From Fonticula alba ATCC 38817 (taxonomy: Eukaryota > Protista > Nucleariida): a DNA stretch of 63,846 nt. The DNA is taken from assembly GCA_000388065.2 (NCBI GenBank), contig KB932201.1. One strand, given 5' to 3'. The notes beneath the pieces were generated by a model. That model saw nothing but the letters and a program-made list of their open reading frames with translations, was not told the origin of the DNA and searched no databases. Below, piece by piece: positions 47,867 through 59,151 of the stretch; position 1 is the first letter of the stretch, and every line of letters begins with the position of its first letter. Position numbers and translations under genes: made by a program.

Positions 47867-48428
47867 TCACATGCCCCGGAGCAGGGGAGATGAGTGGACG
47901 CCGGTCACCGCCGCCGAGGGAGAGGCTGCCGCAGATTGCGGGCACGGGGTAGCATCAACAGTCGTGGGCGACACCAAACGCCGGCTGGACGTCGAGGCAG
48001 CAGCGGCGGCGCCTGAGCCACCAGGGCCCAGGCCGAGCATGCTCAGGTCCGCATAGCAGGAATGGTGGTCGAACTTGGGGCCAGGGCTGCTGCCCCCGAC
48101 GGCGGCCACCGCGGCGGCCACCATCATGGCATCGCTGCCCGACAGACCGGTCAGCTCCAGGCCCGAGAGGGACTGGTAAACCACCTCGCTGGGCTCGCCC
48201 TCGCCGTCATCCGTGACGAAGACCGAGTGCCCGGCAGCGGCCGCGGCCGCGGCCGCAGAGCTGCTCTCAGCGCCACCAAGAACAGCCGGCCCCTCCATGG
48301 CCGGGTAGAAGACCAGGGAGTTGGAGGGGGACATGGCCGACGTCGTGGACACCGGACTGACAAAAATCGTCGAGGAGGAGGGCGTCAGGTTGGTGTCGAT
48401 GGCCGACAGGGGGGGCGACGCCCGCCGG

Positions 48429-48462
<34 letters not shown>

Positions 48463-48845
48463 CGGTGGCAGCCGGCGGCAGGGGGGGGAGATGCTGCTGC
48501 GAGTGGGCGCGCGACTGAGTCGGTGAGGGAGTCGGCGACGCGCCAGCCGCCCCACCCACAGGCGAGTGCTTGCGCCGGGTGAAGAGACTCAGAGTGCTGG
48601 CCGAGAGGGACAAGCGGCGGCTTTCCTTGGGGGCAGCAGCAACAGCCGACCCGCTGCTGTTGCTGCTATTGTTGGAGGAGGAGGAGGAGGAGGAGGAGGA
48701 GTCGGGCGAGCCACTGGAAGACCCGGGAGAGCCACCACCCGACGAAGCGGCAGCAGGCATCGCGGTGACCGCTGTCGTGCCGGGGATCATCAGGGAGATG
48801 CCAGCGCCGGAGCGGTCAGCGGAATACACCACAGAGGCCGGGGCT

Positions 48846-48876
<31 letters not shown>

Positions 48877-50802
48877 AGTGTTGATGCTGGAGAAGCTGCT
48901 GCTGCTGCTGCTGCTGGTACTGCTGCTGGTAGTACTGCTGCTGAGCCTGCGAGGAAGACCCGGCCGCCGCATACGAGAGGTTCGAGTGCGAGGCAGAGGC
49001 CACGGCAGTCGCCGGAGCGGAGGATCCGGCAGACGAATGGCTCGGCAGATATCCGGTCGAGGCGGATCGGACCGGGAAGTATTGGGCATGCTGATGCTGC
49101 GCCTGCTGCATGTGGAACTGCTGCTGCTGCTGCTGCTGCTGGTGATGGTGGTGGTGACTGTAGAGGTGAGCAGTCGAGGAGGTGGGTGACGCAGGACCGA
49201 CAACTGGGCTGGCAGCACTGGGGGAAATGGCCGACGGCATGTAGAAGGAGGTAGTCGGCGAGACAACCGCCGTGTAACCACCGGTGGACAGTTGCTGCTG
49301 CTGCTGCTGCTGGGCGTGCAGCTGCTGAGCCTGCTGCTGGGCCTGCTGCTGGGCCTGGTACTGCTGCATCTGCTGCATTTGCTGCATCTGCTGCATCTGC
49401 TGCATGTGGTATTGCTGCTGGGCATGCTGCTGGGCCTGCAGATGGCTGTACCCCGAGTACTGGTGATAGGAATGCTGCTGGGCATGCTGCTGCGTCCCCG
49501 CAGGAAGGGCCGAGCACGAGGCCGACACCGCCGCCGGGGGGGCCACATGCGGACTGGGCGAGCTGGCACGCGATGCCGAGGTGGAGGAACTGCTGCTCGA
49601 GCTGGAAGACATGAGCGACGAGGTGAAGGAGAAGGGCCGGAAGATGTTCATCAACTGAATGAACAGAAAAAGGAAAAACACGCCCATCGAAGAGGGAAGC
49701 GGAAGAGGAAGTCGAGAAAGGGAGAGAGAGAGAGAGAGAGAGGGAGACAAGAACGACACGGTGTTAGATCAGGGCAGCGAGGGGACAACAGAGAAGGGAA
49801 AAGCGAAAGAGAGGAGGGCGCACCTTCTCGCGGAACTTCAGCACCGGGCGCACGGCGTCGTCAATCTCGGTCGGCGAGACATCGAGCTCCAGCAGACCAC
49901 AGTTCTCCTCGACCGAGGGAAGAGGGTCATGCCCCTCGGCGGTGACCCAATCATGGTTGCGGATCTCCGGCAGGGTGATGCGCTTCTTCGGGTTCTTGGC
50001 CAGCATGCGATTGAGCAGGTCCGCCAGGTTGGGATTGATGGTGCGGTCGAAGTGGATCGGGTCGTTGGTGATCTTGTCGAAGAGATTGACAATGTTGTTG
50101 GACTCGAAGGGGCAGCGGCCGAAGACAAAGCAAAAGAGCGTCACGCCAGCCGACCAGACATCCACCGCCTTGCCGTGGTAACGCTGCGAATTGCCGCTGC
50201 ACACCTCCGGCGGGTAGAAGGCCGGGCTGCCGGTGGAAGAACGCAGGAAGTCATCGTCACCCTCGAAGATGTGCGACACACCGAAGTCCGCCAATTGCAG
50301 GCGATTGTCGGCCGTCAGCAGGGTGTTGTCGGGCTTGATGTCCCGGTGGATGATCTTCTGATGGTGGAGATACTCCAGCCCGAGGACCAGCTGACGGAAG
50401 AGGCTTCGAGCCAGGTCCTCCTCCAGGTGCTCGGTGGTCTTGCCAAGGCGGATCTTCATGACCGGGCCCTTTTCGCACAGGTCGAACACCATGTACACCA
50501 TGTTCTCCTCCTCGTGGTACATGACCTCAATCAGTCGGACCATGCTTGGGTGGTTGGAAATCTTCTTGAGAATGGCGATCTCCTTGCGGATTTGGTCCAT
50601 GTCGTCGATGTACTCGGCCGGCGGCAGGGCAGGGGGCTGACTGCTGGCCTGGGCCCCGGCACCAGCCTGGGGCGGCGGCGCGTCAGCCGCACCAGCCTCC
50701 TCCTGGTGATGGCCACCAGTGCGGCCGGACGGGCGGCTGCCTGGCCGCGCGGACTGCTGATACTGCTGGGCCTGGGCTTGGGCAGCCTGTTGGGCAGCCG
50801 CC

Positions 50803-50840
<38 letters not shown>

Positions 50841-52496
50841 GGCCGCCTGCTTGTGGCTCCGGCGACTCCGGCGCAGGCGCCGGGTGGAGATGGCCTTCAG
50901 CGCGTAGTACTGGCCGTCCTCGTTGTTGCGGACCTTGAACACACTGCCGTAGGTGCCCTTGCCGATCTCATGCAGGATGGTGTACTGGTTGATTTGCTCC
51001 AGCTGAGCAATGAGCACTGGCGGGGTGATGCCAAGCTCCAGGCGCTGGCGGTCCTCCGGGGAGAACATGATTGGCGAAGCGGCCATCGGGTGGGGGAGGT
51101 TCTGGGGCGAGCCGCTGCCTCGGCTGCTGGCACTGCCGCTGGAGGGGGGCGGGGTGAGCGGGTTGCGCGAGGGGCTGGGCGAGTGAGCACGCGAGGCGGT
51201 CTCGCCATTGGCCGCGAGCAGGGGCACCGACGACCGCCGGGACACACTGACGAAGGAAGTCTCGGTGATCTGGGGAGCGGGGGACCCGCGCGACAGGGGA
51301 AGATGGCCCTCGGAGAACCGACGCGAAGTGGGCATATTCCGGGCACGAGGGGGGGCCCCAGCACCGGAGGCCGCCGAGAAGGTGTCATGAGGGCTCCCGG
51401 CCCCGGAGGTCCCGGCCCGGGGAGATGGCGCCAGCGGGTGGCCACCGGCATACGGGTTGGACACGTGCACCGGGAGGGGGAAGGAGTTGTCATGCCCGGG
51501 CCCGAGGGGAGCCGAGGAGGAGCGCTGGAACGAGGGTGGAGCCTGGGCACCGGGGGGGCGGGGGGGGGNNNNNNNNNNNNNNNNNNNNNNNNNNNNNNNN
51601 NNNNNNNNNNNNNNNNNNNNNNNNNNNNNNNNNNNNNNNNNNNNNNNNNNNNNNNNNNNNNNNNNNNNNNNNNNNNNNNNNNNNNNNNNNNNNNNNNNNN
51701 NNNNNNNNNNNNNNNNNNNNNNNNNNNNNNNNNNNNNNNNNNNNNNNNNNNNNNNNNNNNNNNNNNNNNNNNNNNNNNNNNNNNNNNNNNNNNNNNNNNN
51801 NNNNNNNNNNNNNNNNNNNNNNNNNNNNNNNNNNNGGGGGGGCAGCACATTCGGCGGAGAGGGTAGAAGGGTCAGCCATGTGAGTCGGTATTCGGGAAAG
51901 GTAGATGCCATTATTCTGGGTATGTCTTCTTGCCGCCCATAACCGGGGGAGAGGGAGAGAGAGAGAGAGAGAGGGGGGGGGGAGGGAAGAAAAGCATGCA
52001 AACGCACCCGCATCTTGGCGTCACGGCGTCCACCGGCCGCGGGACAGTCACGCTGGGCACCATAGCCTATGGCAGTGGCAAGGGACCGCCGGGCGCGGGG
52101 CGAAGCGGTGGCCGAGTGTGGCATGCCGGAGCCGCCAGTCGCATTGGTGGCGGTGTGAGAAAGAGGGGCAACCGGGCCGCCGGGAGACGCCGCGACAGCG
52201 GCCGACGTGGACAGAGGGGAGTTCGGGGCCGAGGCGGCGGTGTTGGGCACCGGGGCATTGCGTGACCGGGGGAAACGCAGGCGGCGCAGGGGTTTGAAAA
52301 AGCGCGAAGAGGACGATTTGGCCGGCGAGAAGCCAGTCGGCAGGGGGGACGTCGGGGAGACCGAGGCGTAGGGCGACCCGGCGGTGTGATTGAAAGTGTG
52401 ATGGTGATGGTGCCCGGAGCCGACGGGGGAGGGCAGCCCACCACGGGAGTCGAAGCCATCCAGGACGGAGGACGAGCGGGAGATGACCATGGACAT
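47867..52496 (-). CDS. CaMKK/Ssp1/Sak1-family Ser/Thr kinase with a Q/H-rich C-terminal tail; intron 49823-49655; gap and probable intron in the N-terminal region
   Basis: EIGKGTYGSV, YYALKAI, IRKEIAILKK, HRDIKPDN, LADFGVSH, GSPAFYPPE, GKAVDVWSAGVTLFCFVFGRCPF, KNPKKRITLPEIRNHDWVT..G..PLP are CaMKK-family signatures. Confidence 0.92.
51569..51835. other. Assembly gap inside the kinase gene
   Basis: N bases flanked by G runs. Confidence 0.99.
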
Positions 52497-52820
52497 GGCG
52501 CGATGGTGGGGGGGAGGGGGAGGAGGAGGAGGAGGAGGAGGAGGAGGAGGAGGGAAGGTCGTGGTGAGTCGCGTGGTCACACGGCAGAGGGGGGAGGGGG
52601 GACTTGGTAGTGGGGGGGAGGCTCAGCGGGCCGGCCTCGCACACGCGCGCACACCCGGTTCTCGAGGCCCTCCGTGGAAGGGGGAGGAGAGATCGGTGGC
52701 GGCGGTGTGCGGCGGCGACGGCGGGCGGCGACGGCGGAAGGGCCGGGCACGCAGGGTGACTCGAGGACCCGGGTGGGAGGGGGCTCTCGGCACGGAAGGG
52801 AAGCGGTGTGGGAGGGCGGG

Positions 52821-53085
52821 NNNNNNNNNNNNNNNNNNNNNNNNNNNNNNNNNNNNNNNNNNNNNNNNNNNNNNNNNNNNNNNNNNNNNNNNNNNNNNNN
52901 NNNNNNNNNNNNNNNNNNNNNNNNNNNNNNNNNNNNNNNNNNNNNNNNNNNNNNNNNNNNNNNNNNNNNNNNNNNNNNNNNNNNNNNNNNNNNNNNNNNN
53001 NNNNNNNNNNNNNNNNNNNNNNNNNNNNNNNNNNNNNNNNNNNNNNNNNNNNNNNNNNNNNNNNNNNNNNNNNNNNNNNNNNNNN
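52821..53085. other. Assembly gap (N run)
   Basis: N bases. Confidence 0.99.
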
Positions 53086-56000
53086 GAAGGTGGCTTGTGT
53101 GCTGGCTGTGGAGGGGCCAGCCTGCAACCGGCACGGGTCGCTTTGAAGCATGAGCGGACGGGCTCACACGAGGGTGTTGCCGCCGTGAGGGGAGGGGGGA
53201 AGGGGGGGGAGGGGCAGGGGCGAACACCAGGGCGGGCAAGCATGGCGCGTCCGGGCGGCGGGGAGGGGGCCCGACGGTGTGCCGAGGCGGAGTCCCCCCC
53301 CCCCCCCATCCCTGGCGTCGGGCCGAACGCTCGCAATCCTGGCGGAGGAGAGGGGCGGGAAGTGCCGTGCCCCTGGGTGAGATCGGGGATCTGACACACA
53401 TACACGGACATACACACACCTCGCCCCAAGCGGCGGGGCATGAGCACCACGCCAGGCCCCCGGCGGTCAGCCGCCTGTGGGGACACACACACACACGGCC
53501 TGTCGCGACAGGGGGCCCCTGACCTGGCTGGCTGTGGCGTCGCGCGGGGGGCGGGGGGCCCGGCAGCCGGGCCCGGGTGTTTGTGTGCACATGCGCCCGG
53601 GGCCAGGGGAAGCAACCCCGGCCCGGACAAACAAAGGCCGCGCACCCACCCATACGCACACACACACACACACACACATGGACACAGGCAGACACTGGGA
53701 GAGACAAACACACACCCATGCGATGGGGGGGGGATGCCCGGCGAGATGGCCCGGGGCCAAGGGCGAGGCGTCCGGCTGGTGTGCCGTCGGCGGACGAGGC
53801 GCCACATCGGCTGCTACGGCCGGACAAGGGCGCGGTTGTGGCCGCGGATGCCGAGAGCCGGAAGCTGGCGCGGCGCCGGATTTTCCCAGCACCCAAATGC
53901 GCTGGTCATCGCTTTTGGCGAACATCCGGCCCTCCCGGGCGAACCGCCTGGGGGGAGATGTGCGCCCTTGGCGGGTGACCATACCCCGGAGCCGCGGCGC
54001 ACAGTGGCCCGCCGTGCGGCGGCCCGGGGGGGGGGGGGGGGGGCCGGGGTGTGGCGCGTTGCGCGCGCGTGCATCCCCGGCCGGCTGTGCAGCCAAGGGA
54101 GGGGCATCCGCGGCCAGAGCGCACGCATAAACGTGTGGCCGGGCCCCCAACATTCGAACAACAGGCGATCAGCCGGGCCGGCCCCATGCACGCACGCGCG
54201 CACACACAAATAGACGCATGTGTCTTGGTGTGTGTGTGTGTGTGCGCGCGCGGAGGCGAGAGGGGGCCACCAGCAGGGGGAAGGGGCAGAAATCTATGGC
54301 AACCGTGGCGCGGGCCGGGGCGACCCGGGGGCCACTTCACGGGCTGCCCGTTCCCCCGCCGGGGCGCGTGAGGAGGGGGGGTTCGGGCCGCGTGAGGGGT
54401 GCTTTTGAAACAGGCGTCTCTCCGGCGGTCCACCTCGCGCGTCCCCTCGCCGGGGCGCGCACGCCACTCGCGCACGCTCGAAGCACGACTGGGAGGGAGA
54501 GCCGGAGGGGGCGGGCGCCCGAAATGCCGCGGCCGAGGCGCCTTCTTTGGTTGTCCAGGGAGGGAGAAGGAGCCGCCGCCAGCCTGACCATGTCGACTGG
54601 CGGCCAAACGGCCAAAGGAAGCCCACGACAGCCGCCCGACACTGGGGCCCCGGGGCAAAGGACGGGCACACGAAATACTGTGGCTCGCACGGCCAGCAGG
54701 CCGGCAGGCCGCGAGGTGTGGGGCCAAACAAACAATAAGAGCCAGTAAACAGGCGCGCCGCGCCGACTCCGGTCGGGTCATTCGACCGGCCAGCCCCGAG
54801 TCGCCAACCGACACCGGCGATGGCGACCGCGACCCGGCCCCGGTATGGCGCGGACATTGGCCACCCTCCTCCACGGAGGGGGGCAGGGCGGGGCGGGGCC
54901 GGAAAAGGGGCAAAAAGGACCCAGGTGCCGAGTGCGCCCGCGCGCGAGGCTCAACAGCCCTCCTCCCCCCCCCCCCCCCCTGCCCTCTCGGGCTCCGGCT
55001 GCGCGCACATCCAAAGCAGATGCGGCGCACGCACCAGGGCACACGGCTCCCGGGGGGGGAGGGGAGGGGGGGCGCCAAAAGAAGGATGACGACGGGATGG
55101 CCAGGGTAATGCACCGCAAAATGGCCCATTAATAATGGGGGGGTGATATGAGCCGCCGTCGGGAGAAGATCCCCACTCCTCAAACAGCCACACGGTGAAA
55201 GGCCGGGGGGCGCAAAAGGCATGCGCATTTGCGTGCATCGCACCGACACTCGGAGCATACCCCGCGCCGGCCGAAAGCCCGAGGGCCGCCGCCGGCCCCC
55301 ACCCCCCCCCCCCCTGGCCGACAGAGAGCCCCCTGCCGACAGTCACTCCGAATGAGCATAGCGCATTTGGGGCTCATTTGCCGGCAATATGGCCATCGCC
55401 CTGGGGCGGAGGGGAGGACAGTCGGCACGCCGGCGAGGGCAGACGCCCTGCCGCGGGCCCAGGGGCCGTCGGCATTCCTGCCGCTGCCCAAGCCCGCAGG
55501 GCGGCCGGGACCGGGCGACCGGACGACCGGGCGAGCGACGCGGGCGACCCGGGGCGGGGGCGGGGGGGAGGCGCGAGCAGCGCAGGCGTGGCCCTTCCCC
55601 CCGGTGTTCCCTTCCCGCGCCGTGCAGGCTTGACCCAGGTCGCCTGTGCGCCGATGTGTGTGCCTGCCCCGCCGCCAGTGCGACGGGCACCCGATAGGCG
55701 CCGAACCCTTTGGGTGGACGCGCATCGCGCGCGACTCAATGACGCAGATGAGCCGGCGAACACACTGGCCCGGTCGCAGGGGCTCCCCGCTCCCCTGGCG
55801 GGGGGGGGGGCGGGGGGGCGGGCGGGCGGGCGGAGCGGGACACAAACGGGACTCCTCCGCGCCCGGCACACACGGACACAGGCAGGCAGGCACACAAGGG
55901 GATGCGGCCCCGGTCGAGGGCTTCCGAGTCCCGCGTGGGCTCACCCCCTCTCGCTCTCTGTCGGCAGCCAGCTCCCCCTCTCCTTCGCCTGGGCCCCGGC

Positions 56001-56776
56001 CCGGTGTGCCCCCGCCCCCCCCCCCCCCTGCTGCCCCCGGGCACAGAGGGACCGCGAGGAGTCCGTGCCGCGCCATCGGGCCCCAGGATGATAATGCCAC
56101 CCCGGGCGGGGCGCCGGGCGAACATAGCCAGCGGAGCTGGCCAAGCTGGCATCCGCACACGCTACCCGGGGGAGCCATATGCAAGCCCCTCCGGGCAGGG
56201 GCCTCCGGGGCCCGTTGGGGCGCAGCACCCACCCGGGCGCATTCCCCGCGCGCCGGCCGGCGGCCAACCGACGAGGCAGCCTGGGCGGCGCGCCGACCAG
56301 GCGCATGCTTGGCCGGCGCAATCTCTCGCCCCCCCTGCGGGCCTGCGTGCGAGGAGTGCCAGCAACCCGGTGGCCTGACTGTCGGTGCTCACGCCGCCAA
56401 AAAGGAACGGCCAGTCTGGGAGGACCGTCGGCCAGCATACGCCGCATGCGCCGCCCCCTCCCCGACAAGCATGCTTGCATGCATGCGTGTGTGCGGCGGC
56501 CGCCGCCGCCGCCGCCGCCGAGGGCCGGCTCGTCTGGCGACATCCCCGCGGGGTGCCGGCCGTCTCGACACACAGACAAGGCCCGGACCAAAGCGGTGCT
56601 CGGCTGCGGGGGCCATGCATTGGCTGGGCGCGTGGACGGGACAAACAAAGTCCACCTTCTGGCCGACACGCGTGGGGCCTGGCTTCCCCCCGGTGGCGAG
56701 GCCGGGGGGAGGGGACCGGGACAAGCGCCGCTTGCTCGGCGGCGCCTCGGGGCGCACCGCGACACACACACACACA

Positions 56777-56820
56777 AGCACAAGCACAGGCACAGGCACA
56801 GGCACAGGCACAAGCACACA
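56777..56820 (+). repeat. (CACARG)n hexamer repeat
   Basis: cacaag/cacagg units repeated about 7 times. Confidence 0.8.
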
Positions 56821-57985
56821 CTCATGGCTAGGAGGCTCTCACACTTGGCCGGTGGGTGGGGTGCCTGCTGCCGGACCGCGCGCGCACATGTGTGTGCGAC
56901 CATGGCAGCGCACGGCCGCAGGTGTATGTGGTGCGGGATGCATCGCCCGAGGGTCGCCGCCAGGTACTCTCGCAAGAGTGCCGGCGGGTTTGTCCCTTGC
57001 TCTCTGTCTCTCTCTCTCGCAGCTTCGGGACCCCCACCCGCTCCCGGGTGATGAGGCATGCGAAGACTCGGCGCAGACGCACTTATTGACATGCATATAT
57101 AGCCACTCCCGGCCTTCCAGGAAAAGTGCCAGGAGCCTGCCATTCCGCGTGCCCCTGCCCCTCCCACCTGCAAGGCAGGTCCCCCGGGGCTGGAGGCGGA
57201 CGCCACGGGCCCGCACCGGCCCAAAGCGGCCACGCCCTTCGCGCCTCCAACAGCCGCGAATGCATACCACCCCGGCCAGGCAGAGGCCACACGGGCACTT
57301 GCTCTTCCAGCCCGAAAAGCCACTTGTCCTGGCGCCGGGGACCCGGCCTGCGAGGAGGGGGGGGGACCGGGGGGGAAGAGCTTGACCGGAGGCGGCCCCC
57401 CCCCCCCCGCGCGCACGCGTGTGCAGGGCCGGCGCCGGATCCCCACCTCCAGGCGCGCATGGCCTGGTGCGGGTTTCCGGGAAGCCGTCCAAGACCGGCT
57501 GGCGGCGCGCCCCATACCGCGGCCCCGTGGCATCGGCCAGCGGGGCCGTGTCGTTGGTCGCTTCTGCCGGGGGGCGAAAGAGGGGAGGCCGTCCTGTGGG
57601 ACCCGGCTCCCCCCACATCAGGGGGCCGCGCCGCTCCCCTCCGGCCCCGCCTCGTGGCGGGCCTCGCTCATCGGCCGGGCGTGGTACGCCTCGCATCTGC
57701 CAGCGAGGCCGGGGCCGGGCAGTCGGCCTCCGCTCATCGCCCGAGCTGATGAGGCATCCGGCCGTCAGAGGCCGGTGCTTGGCCCGGGCCCATGTGCCAG
57801 CGGTCGTGCAGCGGCGCCCCTGGCGACCGGGACGCCGGCCCGCTGGCGCCCTTTCCGGCCCCGACGCTGGCAAAGCCGCCCCCGGCCGGCCAGCCGCGCC
57901 AGTGTCCCCCCCCCCTCCCCGCCCCCCTGCTGACTGGGGTCCGAGGGAGAGGGGCCACCACGCGCGCCCGGGGGCGGGGGCACCA

Positions 57986-58016
<31 letters not shown>

Positions 58017-58955
58017 GGCCAGTCAGCCGGCCGGCCAGCAACAGCAGCGGCTACGGGCTCATCGGCATCCCGGACAAACACAGCCGCCGCAGAGTGGGCG
58101 GCCGCCCCGCCTCTCGGACCCGGAGCCCCAAGGGCCGGGGTTCGATCGGCCCCCGGGGACGCTCATCTGTGCTGCCTGCCTGCCTGCCCCCCCCCCCGCC
58201 CCGCCGCGCCGCGCCCCCAGGGACTGGCACACAGCCCCTGGGACCGGCCGATGGGGCCCCGGCTTCCCACACTCCGGGTGCAAACAAAGGCCCGGGAGCC
58301 GGCGAAGCGGGGTCGTTTGCGGTCGGCGCGCGCGCGCGCGCGCTCTGACCCCGCCCCCAGCCGGAGAGCGGAGAGGGGGGCACCCATCGCGCGGGCGTCG
58401 GCCCGAGTCTGGCTGGGATCCCCGCCGGGCGCGGAGGCCGCTTGCACACCGGACCGCGGCAGATGCCGCGGTCGTCCGAGCCCCCGAGCCTCCAGCCGAG
58501 CCGGGTGAAACAGTGCGGCCGTCCCGGCCAACGGGGCCCCCCCCCCCGGCGAGGGGCACCTCTCGCTCACTCTCACACCACACACACAAACTCACGCACA
58601 TGGGCGCACTTGCTTCCAGCGTCAGCTCGCGCTGCCGAACACCCGGCGCACAATCGGGCGGCCGCGTCCCGGGCAGGACAAGCAGACACACATGCACACA
58701 GACACACATATACTCAGACACCCACAGTCCGGGCAGGGCGGGCGCTCGCGGGCCGTGCCCAAATACACCCGGCCACGGCGAAGCCAGCCCAGGGGCGGGG
58801 GGGGGGGGGGGGGGCATCCTTCCCAGGCACCCCCCGGCCGAAGGGCCGGAGATGATGGGCCCACCACTCCGACCGACTCACACGGACAGGCCCCGGGCCG
58901 CGGGGAGCAGCAACAAGGGGCAGGACGTGAGCCCCCCGGCCCGGGGAAAGTCGGC

Positions 58956-59003
58956 AAATGAACGGGAAATGAACGGGAAATGAACGGGAAATGAACGGGA
59001 AAT
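58956..59003 (+). repeat. 11-bp tandem repeat (AAATGAACGGG) x4.4
   Basis: Direct reading of four perfect copies plus AAAT. Confidence 0.92.
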
Positions 59004-59151
59004 AGAGGGACCGCAGGAGGCGGGAGAGAGGGGCGGGGATGTGGAAAGGCGTGCTGGGCCGGTGCGGCCAGCCCCGGGGAGAGTGGGGGCGTGGAGCCGG
59101 AAGGAGGGGGGGCGGGGGAGGGAGGGGGAGCGAGGCCGGGGTTGAATATCA

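Noticed and set aside
49659-51866. 735-aa plus-strand ORF
   Set aside because: Antisense shadow of the kinase, and it spans an N gap.
52048-55258. Long ORFs across 52-55 kb
   Set aside because: Several are inflated by N gaps; all are low-complexity translations without codon bias.
58139-58147. GGTTCGATC tRNA B-box-like motif
   Set aside because: No cloverleaf, D arm or A box could be folded around it.
58956-59003. Repeat array as a CRISPR candidate
   Set aside because: Head-to-tail 11-mers without spacers, eukaryotic context, no cas genes.
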